A stretch of DNA of 64,000 bases from Hyphomicrobiales bacterium (GTDB taxonomy: Bacteria > Pseudomonadota > Alphaproteobacteria > Rhizobiales > OSC116), in contig JAOPTR010000016.1 of NCBI GenBank assembly GCA_051531935.1, positions 420,697-484,696 on the forward strand. The letters are read 5' to 3'. Made by a program: the position numbers and the translations under genes. Shown here one piece after another: positions 8,916-18,669 of this stretch. The notes under the pieces were generated by a model. It did not search any database. It was given only the letters and a program-made list of their open reading frames with translations, and was not told the DNA's origin. The stretch's first letter is position 1. Every line of letters begins with the position of its first letter.

Positions 8916-9272
8916 TTATTCTCCCGCATCTACTAGTTTTTGCTTAAATTCTTCTAATGTTAGGCCAGTTTGAATGGCGCCAATGTCCTGCATGTTTAAT
9001 CCTAACAAGCCAGAAGCTAGTTTCGCCAAATAGTAAATACTTGCACCTTGGTCTAACAGAGCCAGAATATCGCGCTCTTGTACGGCCTTAATTTGGCCAT
9101 CTGTTAAGTTAAATTTTTTGCAATACTTAACTTCGTCTAAAGTAAATTCTTGTCTGGCAGCTTCTTGGTTAAATGAAAAACACATTTTGTTTAAACCATA
9201 ACCCATACGGGATTTAGTACCGTCAAAAACAACGGTTCCCGAAATGGGAGTTTTATCATCGAGATATGACAT
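8916..9272 (-). CDS. ligA: Protocatechuate 4,5-dioxygenase alpha subunit
   Basis: 118-aa ORF ending 3 nt upstream of the ligB start, with LigA-like sequence and size. Confidence 0.8.
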   Translation of the reverse strand: MSYLDDKTPISGTVVFDGTKSRMGYGLNKMCFSFNQEAARQEFTLDEVKYCKKFNLTDGQIKAVQERDILALLDQGASIYYLAKLASGLLGLNMQDIGAIQTGLTLEEFKQKLVDAGE

Positions 9273-9290
9273 ATTTTCCTCCTAGTTTCA

Positions 9291-10178
9291 CTAACCCCAG
9301 TAAAGAGCGTGAGGGTTATCAATCAGCAGTTTATTCTGCAGTAATTTATTGGTGGCAATTTGCGGAATGACGTCTACCAATTGCCCGTCATCTGGCACAT
9401 GTGATTTCATATTTGGGTGCGGCCAATCTGTACCCCACAAAACTCTATTGGGGAATTTTTCGACCAGAAATTTCGCAAATGGTATAACGTCGCTATAATT
9501 AGGCAATTTACCGTTTAATGGTAATTGTGTGGTGAGACGTTCTGGGCAAGTGACTTTTGTCCAAAAATTTGGGTTGTCTTCTAATAATCTTACAAACCGT
9601 TTAAAATCTGGGTGTTCAAGGCCTTTTTCAACATCTGGCCGCCCCATATGGTCAATAACAATCGTACAATCTAGCTCGACTAAAAACGGAATTAGATCTT
9701 CTAAATCTGGTGCTTCAAAATATACAACAATGTGCCATCCAAGTTTTTTGATTTTTTGAGCAATGTTTAAGAATACTAATTTTGGCGTGCTATCAACTAA
9801 ACGTTTTACAAAGTTAAAACGGACAGCGCGCACACCAACATTGTGCATTTCTTGCAGCTCGTTATCGGTGATATCTGGTTTCACCACCGCTACACCGCGA
9901 GCCAAATCTCCTGCTGCTTTTAGCGCATCTAGCAAAGCAGCATTATCGGTTCCATGGCAAGATGCCTGCACAATTACGTTTTTCGAAAAACCCAAAAAAT
10001 CCCTTAGCTCGAATAATGAATTTTTTGAGGCATCACACGGCGTGTATTTACGCTTTGGGTGATAAGGGAATTCTGCTTTGGGGCCAAACACATGGCAATG
10101 TGCATCTACCGCATTCGGCGGTACATTAAACTCTGGTTTCCTTGGGTTAGCATGAAAAGCTAAATAATCATCATCCAT
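9291..10178 (-). CDS. ligI: 2-pyrone-4,6-dicarboxylate hydrolase (amidohydrolase 2 family)
   Basis: PPNAVDAHCHVFGP metal/active-site motif and about 295 aa from the ATG at 10178. The longer track start at 10223 would overlap the upstream gene by 29 nt. Confidence 0.8.
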   Translation of the reverse strand: MDDDYLAFHANPRKPEFNVPPNAVDAHCHVFGPKAEFPYHPKRKYTPCDASKNSLFELRDFLGFSKNVIVQASCHGTDNAALLDALKAAGDLARGVAVVKPDITDNELQEMHNVGVRAVRFNFVKRLVDSTPKLVFLNIAQKIKKLGWHIVVYFEAPDLEDLIPFLVELDCTIVIDHMGRPDVEKGLEHPDFKRFVRLLEDNPNFWTKVTCPERLTTQLPLNGKLPNYSDVIPFAKFLVEKFPNRVLWGTDWPHPNMKSHVPDDGQLVDVIPQIATNKLLQNKLLIDNPHALYWG

Positions 10179-10194
10179 TTTGTTTTGCCCTAAT

Positions 10195-11274
10195 TTATGA
10201 CCTAGCGTAAACAACGCCATCAAAAAGTTTTCGTGCGGTTCTGACTATGGCCGCATTTTCCACATACTCATTTTCATCAACATCTAACACAACACCCATT
10301 GCACCTGTTGGATGTTCAATTAACATGGCCTTACTACGGCCTTTTGGTATTTCGGCCAATTTAAACGCGGGGCTATGAGGCAAAAGGCAGGCAGTTGCCA
10401 CGCTCACCGCACCTAAAACGCCAATAGAAGCATGACAACGGTGAGGAATGAATGTGCGGGTTGAAATGGTTCCACCTTGTGTAGCACAACAAACAATACT
10501 CATTTTGGGAACTGTTTTATCACTTACATCGCCTAAATTCATAAGATAACCTGCTTGCAACCGAATTTTTTCAATCCTTAACTTCAATGCTGAATTTTGC
10601 TCCAAAACTTCGCGGCTTTCCTGACCAGTGATACCGACATCTTGAGCGAGCAACACCACAACGGGCATGCCATTGTCTATAAGTGTAACCTGAATTCCGT
10701 CGATAATATCGACTTGATTATTCGTTGGTAACAAAGCGCCACAGCTCGAACCTGCAGTATCTTTAAATGTAATGCTTATTGGGCTTGCTGTGCCTGGCAC
10801 ACCGTCAATTTTCGCATCGCCTTTATAGATAACTTTGTTGTTTTTAACCCGAATTTTTTCGATAGCGATTTGACCTGTATTTTCCATATAAATGGCAACA
10901 TTAAACTCGCCATCTTTGGGCTCAACCAAGCCACGCTCTATGGCAAATGCGCCGACGCCAGCCAGAATATTTCCGCAATTTTGCGCATCAGTTACAATTG
11001 CTTTATCGACCATAACTTGCAAAAACAGGTAATCAACATCGACACCTTTACGTTTAGATTTTTGCACCACGGCCACTTTACTGGTTAACGGATCAGCTCC
11101 ACCAATGCCATCTATCTGCCTTGCATCGGGAGAGCCCATAATGTTTAACAGGAACTCATTACGTTGATCTTGATCTTGAGGTAAATCAGTAGCTAAAAAA
11201 AACGCGCCTTTAGACGTGCCTGCCCGCATCCACATGCAATTTGCTGATTCCAATAGACCTGTTTCATCAGACAT
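10195..11274 (-). CDS. ligU: 4-oxalomesaconate tautomerase (PrpF family)
   Basis: PrpF-family N-terminal motif [11 protein letters not shown]. The start taken at the ATG at 11274 overlaps the ligK stop by 8 nt. Lies within the lig context. Confidence 0.75.
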   Translation of the reverse strand: MSDETGLLESANCMWMRAGTSKGAFFLATDLPQDQDQRNEFLLNIMGSPDARQIDGIGGADPLTSKVAVVQKSKRKGVDVDYLFLQVMVDKAIVTDAQNCGNILAGVGAFAIERGLVEPKDGEFNVAIYMENTGQIAIEKIRVKNNKVIYKGDAKIDGVPGTASPISITFKDTAGSSCGALLPTNNQVDIIDGIQVTLIDNGMPVVVLLAQDVGITGQESREVLEQNSALKLRIEKIRLQAGYLMNLGDVSDKTVPKMSIVCCATQGGTISTRTFIPHRCHASIGVLGAVSVATACLLPHSPAFKLAEIPKGRSKAMLIEHPTGAMGVVLDVDENEYVENAAIVRTARKLFDGVVYARS

Positions 11275-11944
11275 ATTTGAGGCCTTTTTGTTTAAGCCGA
11301 GGGCGCATATCATAAATATCCAGACCCAGCTCGCCATTGGCCATTCGTTTACGCTTTTCTTCCTCTAATTCTACACGAGCTTTTGAAGCCTTTAATACTC
11401 GCTTAGCTTCTTCGCGACGTACAACACAAACGCCATCATCATCTGCGACAATAACATCGCCAGCATTTATAATTTCATTAGCACAAGCCATTGTTATATT
11501 TACGGAACCAATGGTTTCTTTAATTGTGCCTTGTGCGAAAATATGTTTCGCCCAAACGGGGAAATTCATTTCTTCCAATTCTTTAATATCTCGTACGCCG
11601 CCTTCAATAATTAAGCCTACAACCCCTCGGCTTTTTGCAGAAGTTGCCAATAAATCGCCAAAAAAACCAAAATTGGATGGTGAAGTGGGTGCAAATACCA
11701 TCACATCGCCTTTTTGACATTGCTCAATGGCTACATGCATCATCCAATTATCACCTGCTGCGCCAGAAATGGTAATGGCACTACCTGCGATGCTAGATCC
11801 GCGGTATATTGGCCGCATATAATCGGCCAACAGGCCGCGTCGACCTTGGCTCTCGTGCACGGTTGCCACACCGCACTTGGCAAGACCATCAATAATGTCC
11901 TGATCGACACGTTCTATATTTTGCACAACAATATTATCACTCAT
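11267..11944 (-). CDS. ligK: 4-carboxy-4-hydroxy-2-oxoadipate aldolase / oxaloacetate decarboxylase (RraA-like fold)
   Basis: 225 aa, RraA/aldolase-like sequence ([10 protein letters not shown]...GGVRD), within the lig context. Confidence 0.85.
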   Translation of the reverse strand: MSDNIVVQNIERVDQDIIDGLAKCGVATVHESQGRRGLLADYMRPIYRGSSIAGSAITISGAAGDNWMMHVAIEQCQKGDVMVFAPTSPSNFGFFGDLLATSAKSRGVVGLIIEGGVRDIKELEEMNFPVWAKHIFAQGTIKETIGSVNITMACANEIINAGDVIVADDDGVCVVRREEAKRVLKASKARVELEEEKRKRMANGELGLDIYDMRPRLKQKGLKYV

Positions 11945-11952
11945 AAGGCACC

Positions 11953-12963
11953 TTAAGCTTTTAACCGGCTGAACACTTTTCGGGCGTTGCCTTCAAAAAT
12001 TTTAAATTTATCATCTTCACTAATTTTATCATTATTATCAATATAACGTTTTGTATCGTCATAATAATGCCCCGTTTCGGGGTCTATACCACGTACTGCG
12101 CCTATCATTTCTGAAGCAAATAATATGTTGTCAGCAGGGATAATATCTAGCAGCAAATCTATACCTGCCTGATGATAAACACATGTATCAAAGTAGATGT
12201 TTTTAAGCGCTGATTTATCTAATGTCTCATAACCCTGATCTTGCATTAATCCTCTAAACCTGCCCCAATGATAAGGCACAGCGCCACCACCATGCGGAAT
12301 GATAATTTTTAATTCTGGAAAATCCTTGAACACGTCAGACATAATCAATTGTTGAAATGCGGCAGTGTCTGCACCTAGATAGTGAGAGCCTGTCGTGTGA
12401 AAACTATCATTGCAGCAGGCGCTAACATGTATCATTGCGGGAACATCTAATTCGACCATTTTTTCGTAAATTGGGTAATAGGATTTATCACCAAGCGGTG
12501 CGTCTTTCCAATTACCACCCGTTGTATCTGGGTTTAGGTTACAGCCAATAAACCCCATTTCTTCGACACATCTAACCAGTTCTGGAACTGATTTTGCGGG
12601 ATCAGTATTTGGAGATTGAGGCAACTGAGCAACTGGCGCAAAGTTACTGGGGTAGAGATCACATACTCTTTTGATAAGATCATTTTGATGTTCAGTCCAA
12701 AACTTGCTCGTATTGGCGTTGCCAATGTGATGCCCCATCCAACTCGCACGCGGAGAAAATATTGTTAAATCTGTTCCGCGTTCTTGTTGTAAACGTAATT
12801 GATTTTTCTCAATAGACTCACAAATCTCATCATCACTAATGAATACATTACCCTTTTCTCCAACAAAGTTTGGGTCCTTAGCAATGGCTGCTTTTTGTGC
12901 ATCACGGTAGGCCCCAACCGCAGGAGGAGTTGTTGTATAGTGTCCATGACAATCAATTATCAT
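11953..12963 (-). CDS. ligJ: 4-oxalomesaconate hydratase (amidohydrolase 2 family)
   Basis: [11 protein letters not shown]-terminus, 336 aa. First gene of the ligJ-K-tautomerase-I-A-B operon. Confidence 0.8.
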   Translation of the reverse strand: MIIDCHGHYTTTPPAVGAYRDAQKAAIAKDPNFVGEKGNVFISDDEICESIEKNQLRLQQERGTDLTIFSPRASWMGHHIGNANTSKFWTEHQNDLIKRVCDLYPSNFAPVAQLPQSPNTDPAKSVPELVRCVEEMGFIGCNLNPDTTGGNWKDAPLGDKSYYPIYEKMVELDVPAMIHVSACCNDSFHTTGSHYLGADTAAFQQLIMSDVFKDFPELKIIIPHGGGAVPYHWGRFRGLMQDQGYETLDKSALKNIYFDTCVYHQAGIDLLLDIIPADNILFASEMIGAVRGIDPETGHYYDDTKRYIDNNDKISEDDKFKIFEGNARKVFSRLKA

Positions 12964-13116
12964 TATTTAGAGCCTTCATATAATTTTAAAATATTTTCAT
13001 ACTATTGAGCGAAATTTGTTTTTTAACAATTCAATTTTCATGCAAAAGGTATTGATTTTTGAGAATGAGGACATATAATATGTTTGAATTTCCACATCCA
13101 ATTTACATAGTTTAAC

Positions 13117-14331
13117 ATGAATTTTGAAACGCCTAACATTCGCCATTTGCGCATTTTTTTGGAGGTTATTGCCTCTAAATCAATCAGCAAGGCCTCGAAA
13201 AAAGTATTTTTATCTCAACCTGCGATAACGCAGGCCATGTTAAAATTAGAAGCAAGTTTAAACACTACATTATTTGAGAGACGCAATAATGGTATGTATG
13301 TTTCGGCTTCTGGCACCGCTTATGCTTTTCGAGTAAAGCGTGCATTAGACATAATTACCGATGGCATAAAAGATGCCATTAGGGTTGGTATTGTGACAGG
13401 CAAAACGCCTACAGGCCACACAGCTCAAATGATTACCACGACGCAATTACGCGCCTTGATTGCGGTTAGTGAGGCTAAAAATTTCAGCCTTGCTGGCCGA
13501 AATGTTGGCATTTCGCAATCTTCATTACATAGATCTGCGAGAGAATTAGAAAACCAAGTTGGTGTTGTTTTATTTGAAAAAACACTAACGGGAATTAAAA
13601 TAAGCAAGGCCGCTCAAATTTTAGCAATGTCTGCCAAACTGGCTTTTGCCGAAATTTCGCAAGGCAGAGACGAAGTTAATGCCTTACATAACAGAGATGT
13701 AGGACGGATTATAATTGGCTGCATGCCACTTGCCAGATCATCCATTTTACCTGAAGCAATAAACCAGTTTTCCAAAACTTACCCTGATTTTAGTTTTAAA
13801 ATTGGTGACGGCTCATATAACGATTTATTGTCTCACTTGCGCCATGGTGATTTTGATATGTTAATTGGTGCGCTTCGATTGCCTACACCAAGCGATGATG
13901 TGGTTCAGGAAGAGTTATTTAACTCATCCATATCTATCGTCGCTCGTAGTGGGCATCCATTATTTAACGAGAAAAAAATAACATTAAAAAAATTAGCCCA
14001 ATATTCGTGGGTGTTGCCTCCAAAAAGCACACCAACATTCGGAATTTTTGAAAATATTTTTAATGACACCACTAAGCTCCCTCCAAATTTGGTCGAAACA
14101 AGTTCGCAGGTATTAATGCGATCACTATTATTGAAAAGCGATAGAATTGGGATTTCTTCTGAAGAGCAGATTAAAAGCGAACTTGAGTATGGCATTTTAA
14201 AAAAGATACCATTTGAAATCTCTCAGGCCTCTAGACCCATTGGGTTTACAACTCGGAAAATGTGGGTACCCACTAAAACCCAAAGCTATTTTGTTGAAAA
14301 ATTAAAAGAAAGCTGCGCCGAATTAGACTGA
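13117..14331 (+). CDS. LysR-type regulator with two tandem N-terminal HTH domains and one effector-binding domain
   Basis: Residues 8-66 (IRHLRIFLEV...LSQPAITQAMLKLEASLNTTLFER) and about 106-165 (TTTQLRALIAV...ISQSSLHRSARELENQVGVVLFEK) each fit the LysR wHTH pattern. The C-terminus is LysR substrate-binding-like. Divergent from the lig operon. Confidence 0.85.
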   Translation: MNFETPNIRHLRIFLEVIASKSISKASKKVFLSQPAITQAMLKLEASLNTTLFERRNNGMYVSASGTAYAFRVKRALDIITDGIKDAIRVGIVTGKTPTGHTAQMITTTQLRALIAVSEAKNFSLAGRNVGISQSSLHRSARELENQVGVVLFEKTLTGIKISKAAQILAMSAKLAFAEISQGRDEVNALHNRDVGRIIIGCMPLARSSILPEAINQFSKTYPDFSFKIGDGSYNDLLSHLRHGDFDMLIGALRLPTPSDDVVQEELFNSSISIVARSGHPLFNEKKITLKKLAQYSWVLPPKSTPTFGIFENIFNDTTKLPPNLVETSSQVLMRSLLLKSDRIGISSEEQIKSELEYGILKKIPFEISQASRPIGFTTRKMWVPTKTQSYFVEKLKESCAELD

Positions 14332-14428
14332 GGAATGCTATTCAAATAATGAATATTAAATCTATTTAATTGAATGATAAAGCGAATGGGTTCCGTGATA
14401 ACTTATCTCAAACGGAGGCATTCTGAAC

Positions 14429-15307
14429 GTGAATAATTTACCAGATATAACATTTATTGGTTTTGGCGAAGCCGCAAGCGCGTTCGCCCAAGGATGGCAA
14501 AGCCAACAACTTAAAATTGCGATAAAAGCGTATGACATTAAAACTGAAAATAATCTTTTTAAGTCAGCCAAGCTAAATGAATATGAACAACAAAATATAC
14601 ACGGCTGTATAAATGCCAAAACAGCAGTGGCAAAAACCAATGTAATTTTCTCACTCGTCACCGCTGACCGGGCAGCAGAAGCAGCCAAAAATGTTGCTAC
14701 CACAATCGGAAAAGGCCAATATTATTTTGATTGCAATAGCTGCGCCCCTGCAACAAAAATTAAAAATGCCGAAACGATAAATGCTGCAGGTGGAAAATAT
14801 GTTGATGTAGCCATAATGGCGCCAGTGCATCCCCTCTTGCACCGTGTGCCCATATTGATTTGTGGAGACCATGCCCTAGAAGCCCAAAATATTTTTTCCC
14901 AACTGTCCATGAGCGCAGAAATAGTTGAAGGCCAGATTGGTCAGGCCTCATCAATTAAAATGGTGCGATCTATCATGGTAAAGGGTCTAGAGGCATTAAA
15001 TGCTGAGTGCTTGTTGTCGGCTAGAAAATTGGGCATTAGTGATTCTATCATTCAATCACTCGATAAGAGTTACCCTGAATTTGACTGGCGCAAAAGTTCT
15101 GGCTACATGCTTGAAAGGATGACAGAGCATGGCATCCGGCGTGCCGCAGAAATGCGCGAGGTTGCACTTACGGTTGAACAAATAGGTCTTAAAAACTCGA
15201 TGAGCAAAGCGACCATCGAGTGGCAGCAAACAATTGGTGATTTAGAATTAAAAGTAGAAACCAAACAATTTGAAGAATTAGCAGATATGATTTTAAAGAA
15301 ATTATAA
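14429..15307 (+). CDS. NAD(P)-dependent oxidoreductase (6-PGDH-like NAD-binding domain plus DUF1932-like C-terminus)
   Basis: GTG start with GGAGG 9 nt upstream. ITFIGFGEAASAFAQGW forms a Rossmann motif. Confidence 0.65.
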   Translation: MNNLPDITFIGFGEAASAFAQGWQSQQLKIAIKAYDIKTENNLFKSAKLNEYEQQNIHGCINAKTAVAKTNVIFSLVTADRAAEAAKNVATTIGKGQYYFDCNSCAPATKIKNAETINAAGGKYVDVAIMAPVHPLLHRVPILICGDHALEAQNIFSQLSMSAEIVEGQIGQASSIKMVRSIMVKGLEALNAECLLSARKLGISDSIIQSLDKSYPEFDWRKSSGYMLERMTEHGIRRAAEMREVALTVEQIGLKNSMSKATIEWQQTIGDLELKVETKQFEELADMILKKL

Positions 15308-15317
15308 AGGAAAAGTT

Positions 15318-16262
15318 ATGAGAATTTGTGTTGCTGGAGCATATGGTGCTTTTGGAATAAAACATTTAGATGCACTAAACGCCATTGAAAATGTGACGGT
15401 TACTTCGGTGGTTGGACATAATGCAGAGCGCATTCAGGCCTTAGCTGATGAACGTAAAATTGGGCATGCTTCAACCAGTTTATCTGAGGCCTTGGCAAGA
15501 GATGATGTTGATGGCGTTATTTTGGCCACACCAACACAAATGCATGCCGAGCAAGCGATTGCGTGCATGCGTGCAGGCAAGCATGTTATGGTCGAAATTC
15601 CGATGGCTGACAATATTAAAGACAGCCAAATGCTTGTAGATGTACAAGCTGAAACTGGTTTGGTAGCAATGGCAGGACACACAAGACGCTTTAACCCGAG
15701 CCATCAATGGATACACAATAAAATTATGGCTGGTGAGCTTAAGATTCAGCAAATGGATGTTCAGACATATTTCTTCCGCCGCACCAATACCAACGCAAAA
15801 GGTCAAGCAAGATCTTGGACAGACCATCTATTATGGCATCATGCTTGTCACACCGTGGATTTATTTCAATATCAGACTGGAGAAAATGCGTCTCAATTGC
15901 AAGCGATGCAAGGGCCGATCCATCCTGAACTTGGTATTGCAATGGATATGAGTATTGGCATGAAAACACCAAGCGCAGCATTATGCACTCTCTCACTATC
16001 ATTTAACAATGACGGGCCTTTTGGGACGTTTTTTAGGTATATATGCGACAATGGCACCTACTTAGCACGTTATGATGAGCTATATGATGGGAATGAACAA
16101 CCAATTGATTTGTCTGATGTTGATGTTTCTATGAACGGAATTGAACTACAGGACAGAGAATTTATCAATGCTGTGCTCGAAGGGCGAGAACCAAATTCAA
16201 GTGTTAAGCAGTGTTTCGAAGCCATGGTTACACTTGATAAATTAGAAAAATGCCTGAACTAA
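15318..16262 (+). CDS. ligC: 4-carboxy-2-hydroxymuconate-6-semialdehyde dehydrogenase (Gfo/Idh/MocA family)
   Basis: 314 aa. N-terminal Rossmann motif MRICVAGAYGAFG, Gfo/Idh/MocA-like sequence, LigC-like size and context. Confidence 0.75.
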   Translation: MRICVAGAYGAFGIKHLDALNAIENVTVTSVVGHNAERIQALADERKIGHASTSLSEALARDDVDGVILATPTQMHAEQAIACMRAGKHVMVEIPMADNIKDSQMLVDVQAETGLVAMAGHTRRFNPSHQWIHNKIMAGELKIQQMDVQTYFFRRTNTNAKGQARSWTDHLLWHHACHTVDLFQYQTGENASQLQAMQGPIHPELGIAMDMSIGMKTPSAALCTLSLSFNNDGPFGTFFRYICDNGTYLARYDELYDGNEQPIDLSDVDVSMNGIELQDREFINAVLEGREPNSSVKQCFEAMVTLDKLEKCLN

Positions 16263-16294
16263 GGCGTAGTTGAAATACTGAATTCCCAAGAAAT

Positions 16295-16324
16295 AAGGGG
16301 TGCTTTAAATCTAAAGCACCCCTT
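16295..16324. terminator. Bidirectional terminator-like hairpin between convergent ligC and pobA
   Basis: Perfect 13-bp stem aaggggtgcttta / taaagcacccctt with loop aatc. The flanks are A/T-rich but the U tracts are weak. Confidence 0.55.
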
Positions 16325-16355
16325 AATATATTATACTTCTACAAATTCAATCTAT

Positions 16356-17537
16356 CTAATATGGCAGACCAATATAATTTTCGGCCAGGGATTTCATGGC
16401 GGCTTTTGAACTGAAAATATAATCAAGTTCGGCTTTTTGCATTTGAGTTGAGAAAGCACCTGTTTCGCCATCAGCATTTGGTAATTCATGCATTAAAGAA
16501 GTCATCCACCAAGAAAAGCGCTCAGCTTTCCACACACGGCTAAGTGCTTTTTCAGTGTATTCTTCTAGGCCAGTTGAATCGCCATTTTTATAATGTTTTA
16601 TCAATCCTTGCGACAAATAATAAACATCGGATGCTGCCGAGTTTAGGCCTTTCGCACCTGTTGGCGGCACAATATGTGCTGCATCACCCACCAAAAACAT
16701 ATTACCAAACCGCATTGTTTCACAAACAAAACTACGCAAAGGTGCGATGGATTTTTCAATTGAGGGACCAGTAATTAAATTCTCTGCCACTTTTTTGGGT
16801 AGGCGTGATTTAAGCTCCTCCCAAAATCGGTTATCTGGCCAATCTTCAATAGTGTCAGATAACGGCACTTGAATATAATATCTACTCAAGTTTTGATGGC
16901 GCATACTGCACAGCGAAAAACCTTTTTCGTGTTTTGTATATATCAATTCTGGCGACACTGGTGGGGTTTCCGATAAGATTCCGAGCCAACCAAATGGATA
17001 GACTTTTTCGTAAGTTTTAATAATGTCATCAGGGATTTGTTTGCGACTTGCGCCATGGAAACCATCACAACCAGCTACAAAATCGCATTCAATTTTGTTC
17101 TCAACACCATCTTTTGTGTAGTAGATTACGGGGCTATCAGTCCCAATACCTTCGACACGAGTCACTTCTGCTTCTTCAATAATAGTTGTGCCAGCTTTTT
17201 TATGGATATTTATCAAATCACGGGTAATTTCCACTTGGCCATAAACCATAACACCAGTGCCCGTTAATTCTTTCAAATTCACATGATGGCATTTTCCGTC
17301 GTAAGCGATATCAAAACCGTCATGCATTTCGCCATCTGCATCCATTTGTTCGGCGGCTTCAGCGTCGCGCAATAAATCGACACAACTCTGCTCCAAAACG
17401 CCGGCTCGAATTCTGGTCAATACATAATCAAGCGTCTTGCGCTCTAATATTACACTTTCAATACCTTGCAAACGCAATAATTGCGACAAAATAAGCCCTG
17501 ATGGGCCACTACCAATTATACCGACTTGTGTTTTCAT
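16356..17537 (-). CDS. pobA: 4-hydroxybenzoate 3-monooxygenase
   Basis: MKTQVGIIGSGPSGL FAD-binding motif, 393 aa, PobA-like throughout. Confidence 0.92.
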   Translation of the reverse strand: MKTQVGIIGSGPSGLILSQLLRLQGIESVILERKTLDYVLTRIRAGVLEQSCVDLLRDAEAAEQMDADGEMHDGFDIAYDGKCHHVNLKELTGTGVMVYGQVEITRDLINIHKKAGTTIIEEAEVTRVEGIGTDSPVIYYTKDGVENKIECDFVAGCDGFHGASRKQIPDDIIKTYEKVYPFGWLGILSETPPVSPELIYTKHEKGFSLCSMRHQNLSRYYIQVPLSDTIEDWPDNRFWEELKSRLPKKVAENLITGPSIEKSIAPLRSFVCETMRFGNMFLVGDAAHIVPPTGAKGLNSAASDVYYLSQGLIKHYKNGDSTGLEEYTEKALSRVWKAERFSWWMTSLMHELPNADGETGAFSTQMQKAELDYIFSSKAAMKSLAENYIGLPY

Positions 17538-17651
17538 AAATTATTTCCCTTTTAATTCAACTCCAAGATAAGGAAAACATGGAATTAATAAATAGACATA
17601 TTTTGCAAATAATTGTATATATGGAACATATTTTAAGTCAGAAATTAGAAC

Positions 17652-18527
17652 ATGAGTGATATTCCAAATTACATTTTGTATGGTGAAGAAGAAAAGGAAA
17701 TCTTTCCCGATTTTCTACATATAGAGCCAATCCATTCTCGAAGCATTCATCACGGCTGGAATTTTCGCTCTCATCAGCATCATAATCTACATCAATTTTT
17801 CTACATTTTAGGCGGGAAAGGGCGCATATTTATTGATAAAATTGAATATGAATTAGCTACTGACCAAGTTATAAGTTTACCGCCTAGTACCATTCACGGT
17901 TTTAAATTTTCGCCCGATATTGAGGGGTGGGTTGTGACATTGCCACAAATTCATTTGCAAAAGATTATCGAAAACACGGCTTTTTTTATTAAACCCATAT
18001 CTCAAATCCTCATCCATAATTGCATAAACAATACCATTAAGGATGAATTTAGATATATATTCAGGACCTTAAATGATACGTTTAACAATACCCATCCAAC
18101 TCGAGATTTCAGGCTTAAATGCTATGCAAATTTGTTGATTGATAAGGTGACTGAAATATCGCCTTATTCTAAAGACATAAACCGAAAAGTGCCAAAACAA
18201 AAACAAGTTTTGGTTCAAGAATTTCAAAATAAAATTAATGAAAACTACAAGCAAAAGCTAACGGTAAAACAATATGCCGCAATGATGAGAATAAGCCCTA
18301 CTCATTTGAATAGAGTCTGTAAATCAGTATTGAATTTGTCTGCATCTGATCTTGCGAATGAAAGATCTATTTTGGAATCTAAACGCTTATTAAGCTATAC
18401 CGCGATGAATATATCGGAGATTGCATATGAGTTAGGTTTTTGTGACGCAGCGCATTTTTCTACGTTTTTTTCAAACAAAACATCACAAAAACCTTCTGAT
18501 TTTCGCAAAAGTTCATTGACGCAATAG
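17652..18527 (+). CDS. pobR: AraC-family regulator (PobR type), divergent from pobA
   Basis: Cupin-like N-terminus and a C-terminal AraC double HTH (ISEIAYELGFCDAAHFSTFF). Confidence 0.75.
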   Translation: MSDIPNYILYGEEEKEIFPDFLHIEPIHSRSIHHGWNFRSHQHHNLHQFFYILGGKGRIFIDKIEYELATDQVISLPPSTIHGFKFSPDIEGWVVTLPQIHLQKIIENTAFFIKPISQILIHNCINNTIKDEFRYIFRTLNDTFNNTHPTRDFRLKCYANLLIDKVTEISPYSKDINRKVPKQKQVLVQEFQNKINENYKQKLTVKQYAAMMRISPTHLNRVCKSVLNLSASDLANERSILESKRLLSYTAMNISEIAYELGFCDAAHFSTFFSNKTSQKPSDFRKSSLTQ

Positions 18528-18669
18528 AGCTGCCACAATTTTATTTACTGGGTGATTTCGTTTTTTAAATCTGTCTTAATGTAGGAGATGGGCGGCATCT
18601 GAGTTTTAACACGATGGTAAAAAATACCATCGCGCTAGAAGCCCAAATTAAGCCGCCCTATCAGTATTC

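Noticed and set aside
10179-11337. Longer N-terminal extensions offered by the track for several genes (ligI 10223, tautomerase 11337, oppB 34685, oppC 35604, ccmH 42859, DUF2793 51166, g12 56910, g6 58261, protease 60213, portal 61432, g1 63090)
   Set aside because: The internal starts give N-termini matching the family pattern. Most have a usable SD, though it is weak for ligI, g7 and g1. They also give the short 1-8 nt overlaps or gaps typical of coupled genes. The extensions would overlap upstream genes by tens of nucleotides.
18612-18632. Hairpin cgatggta-aaaaa-taccatcg downstream of acnB/pobR as a terminator
   Set aside because: No U-tract follows on either strand, so it is not reported as a feature.
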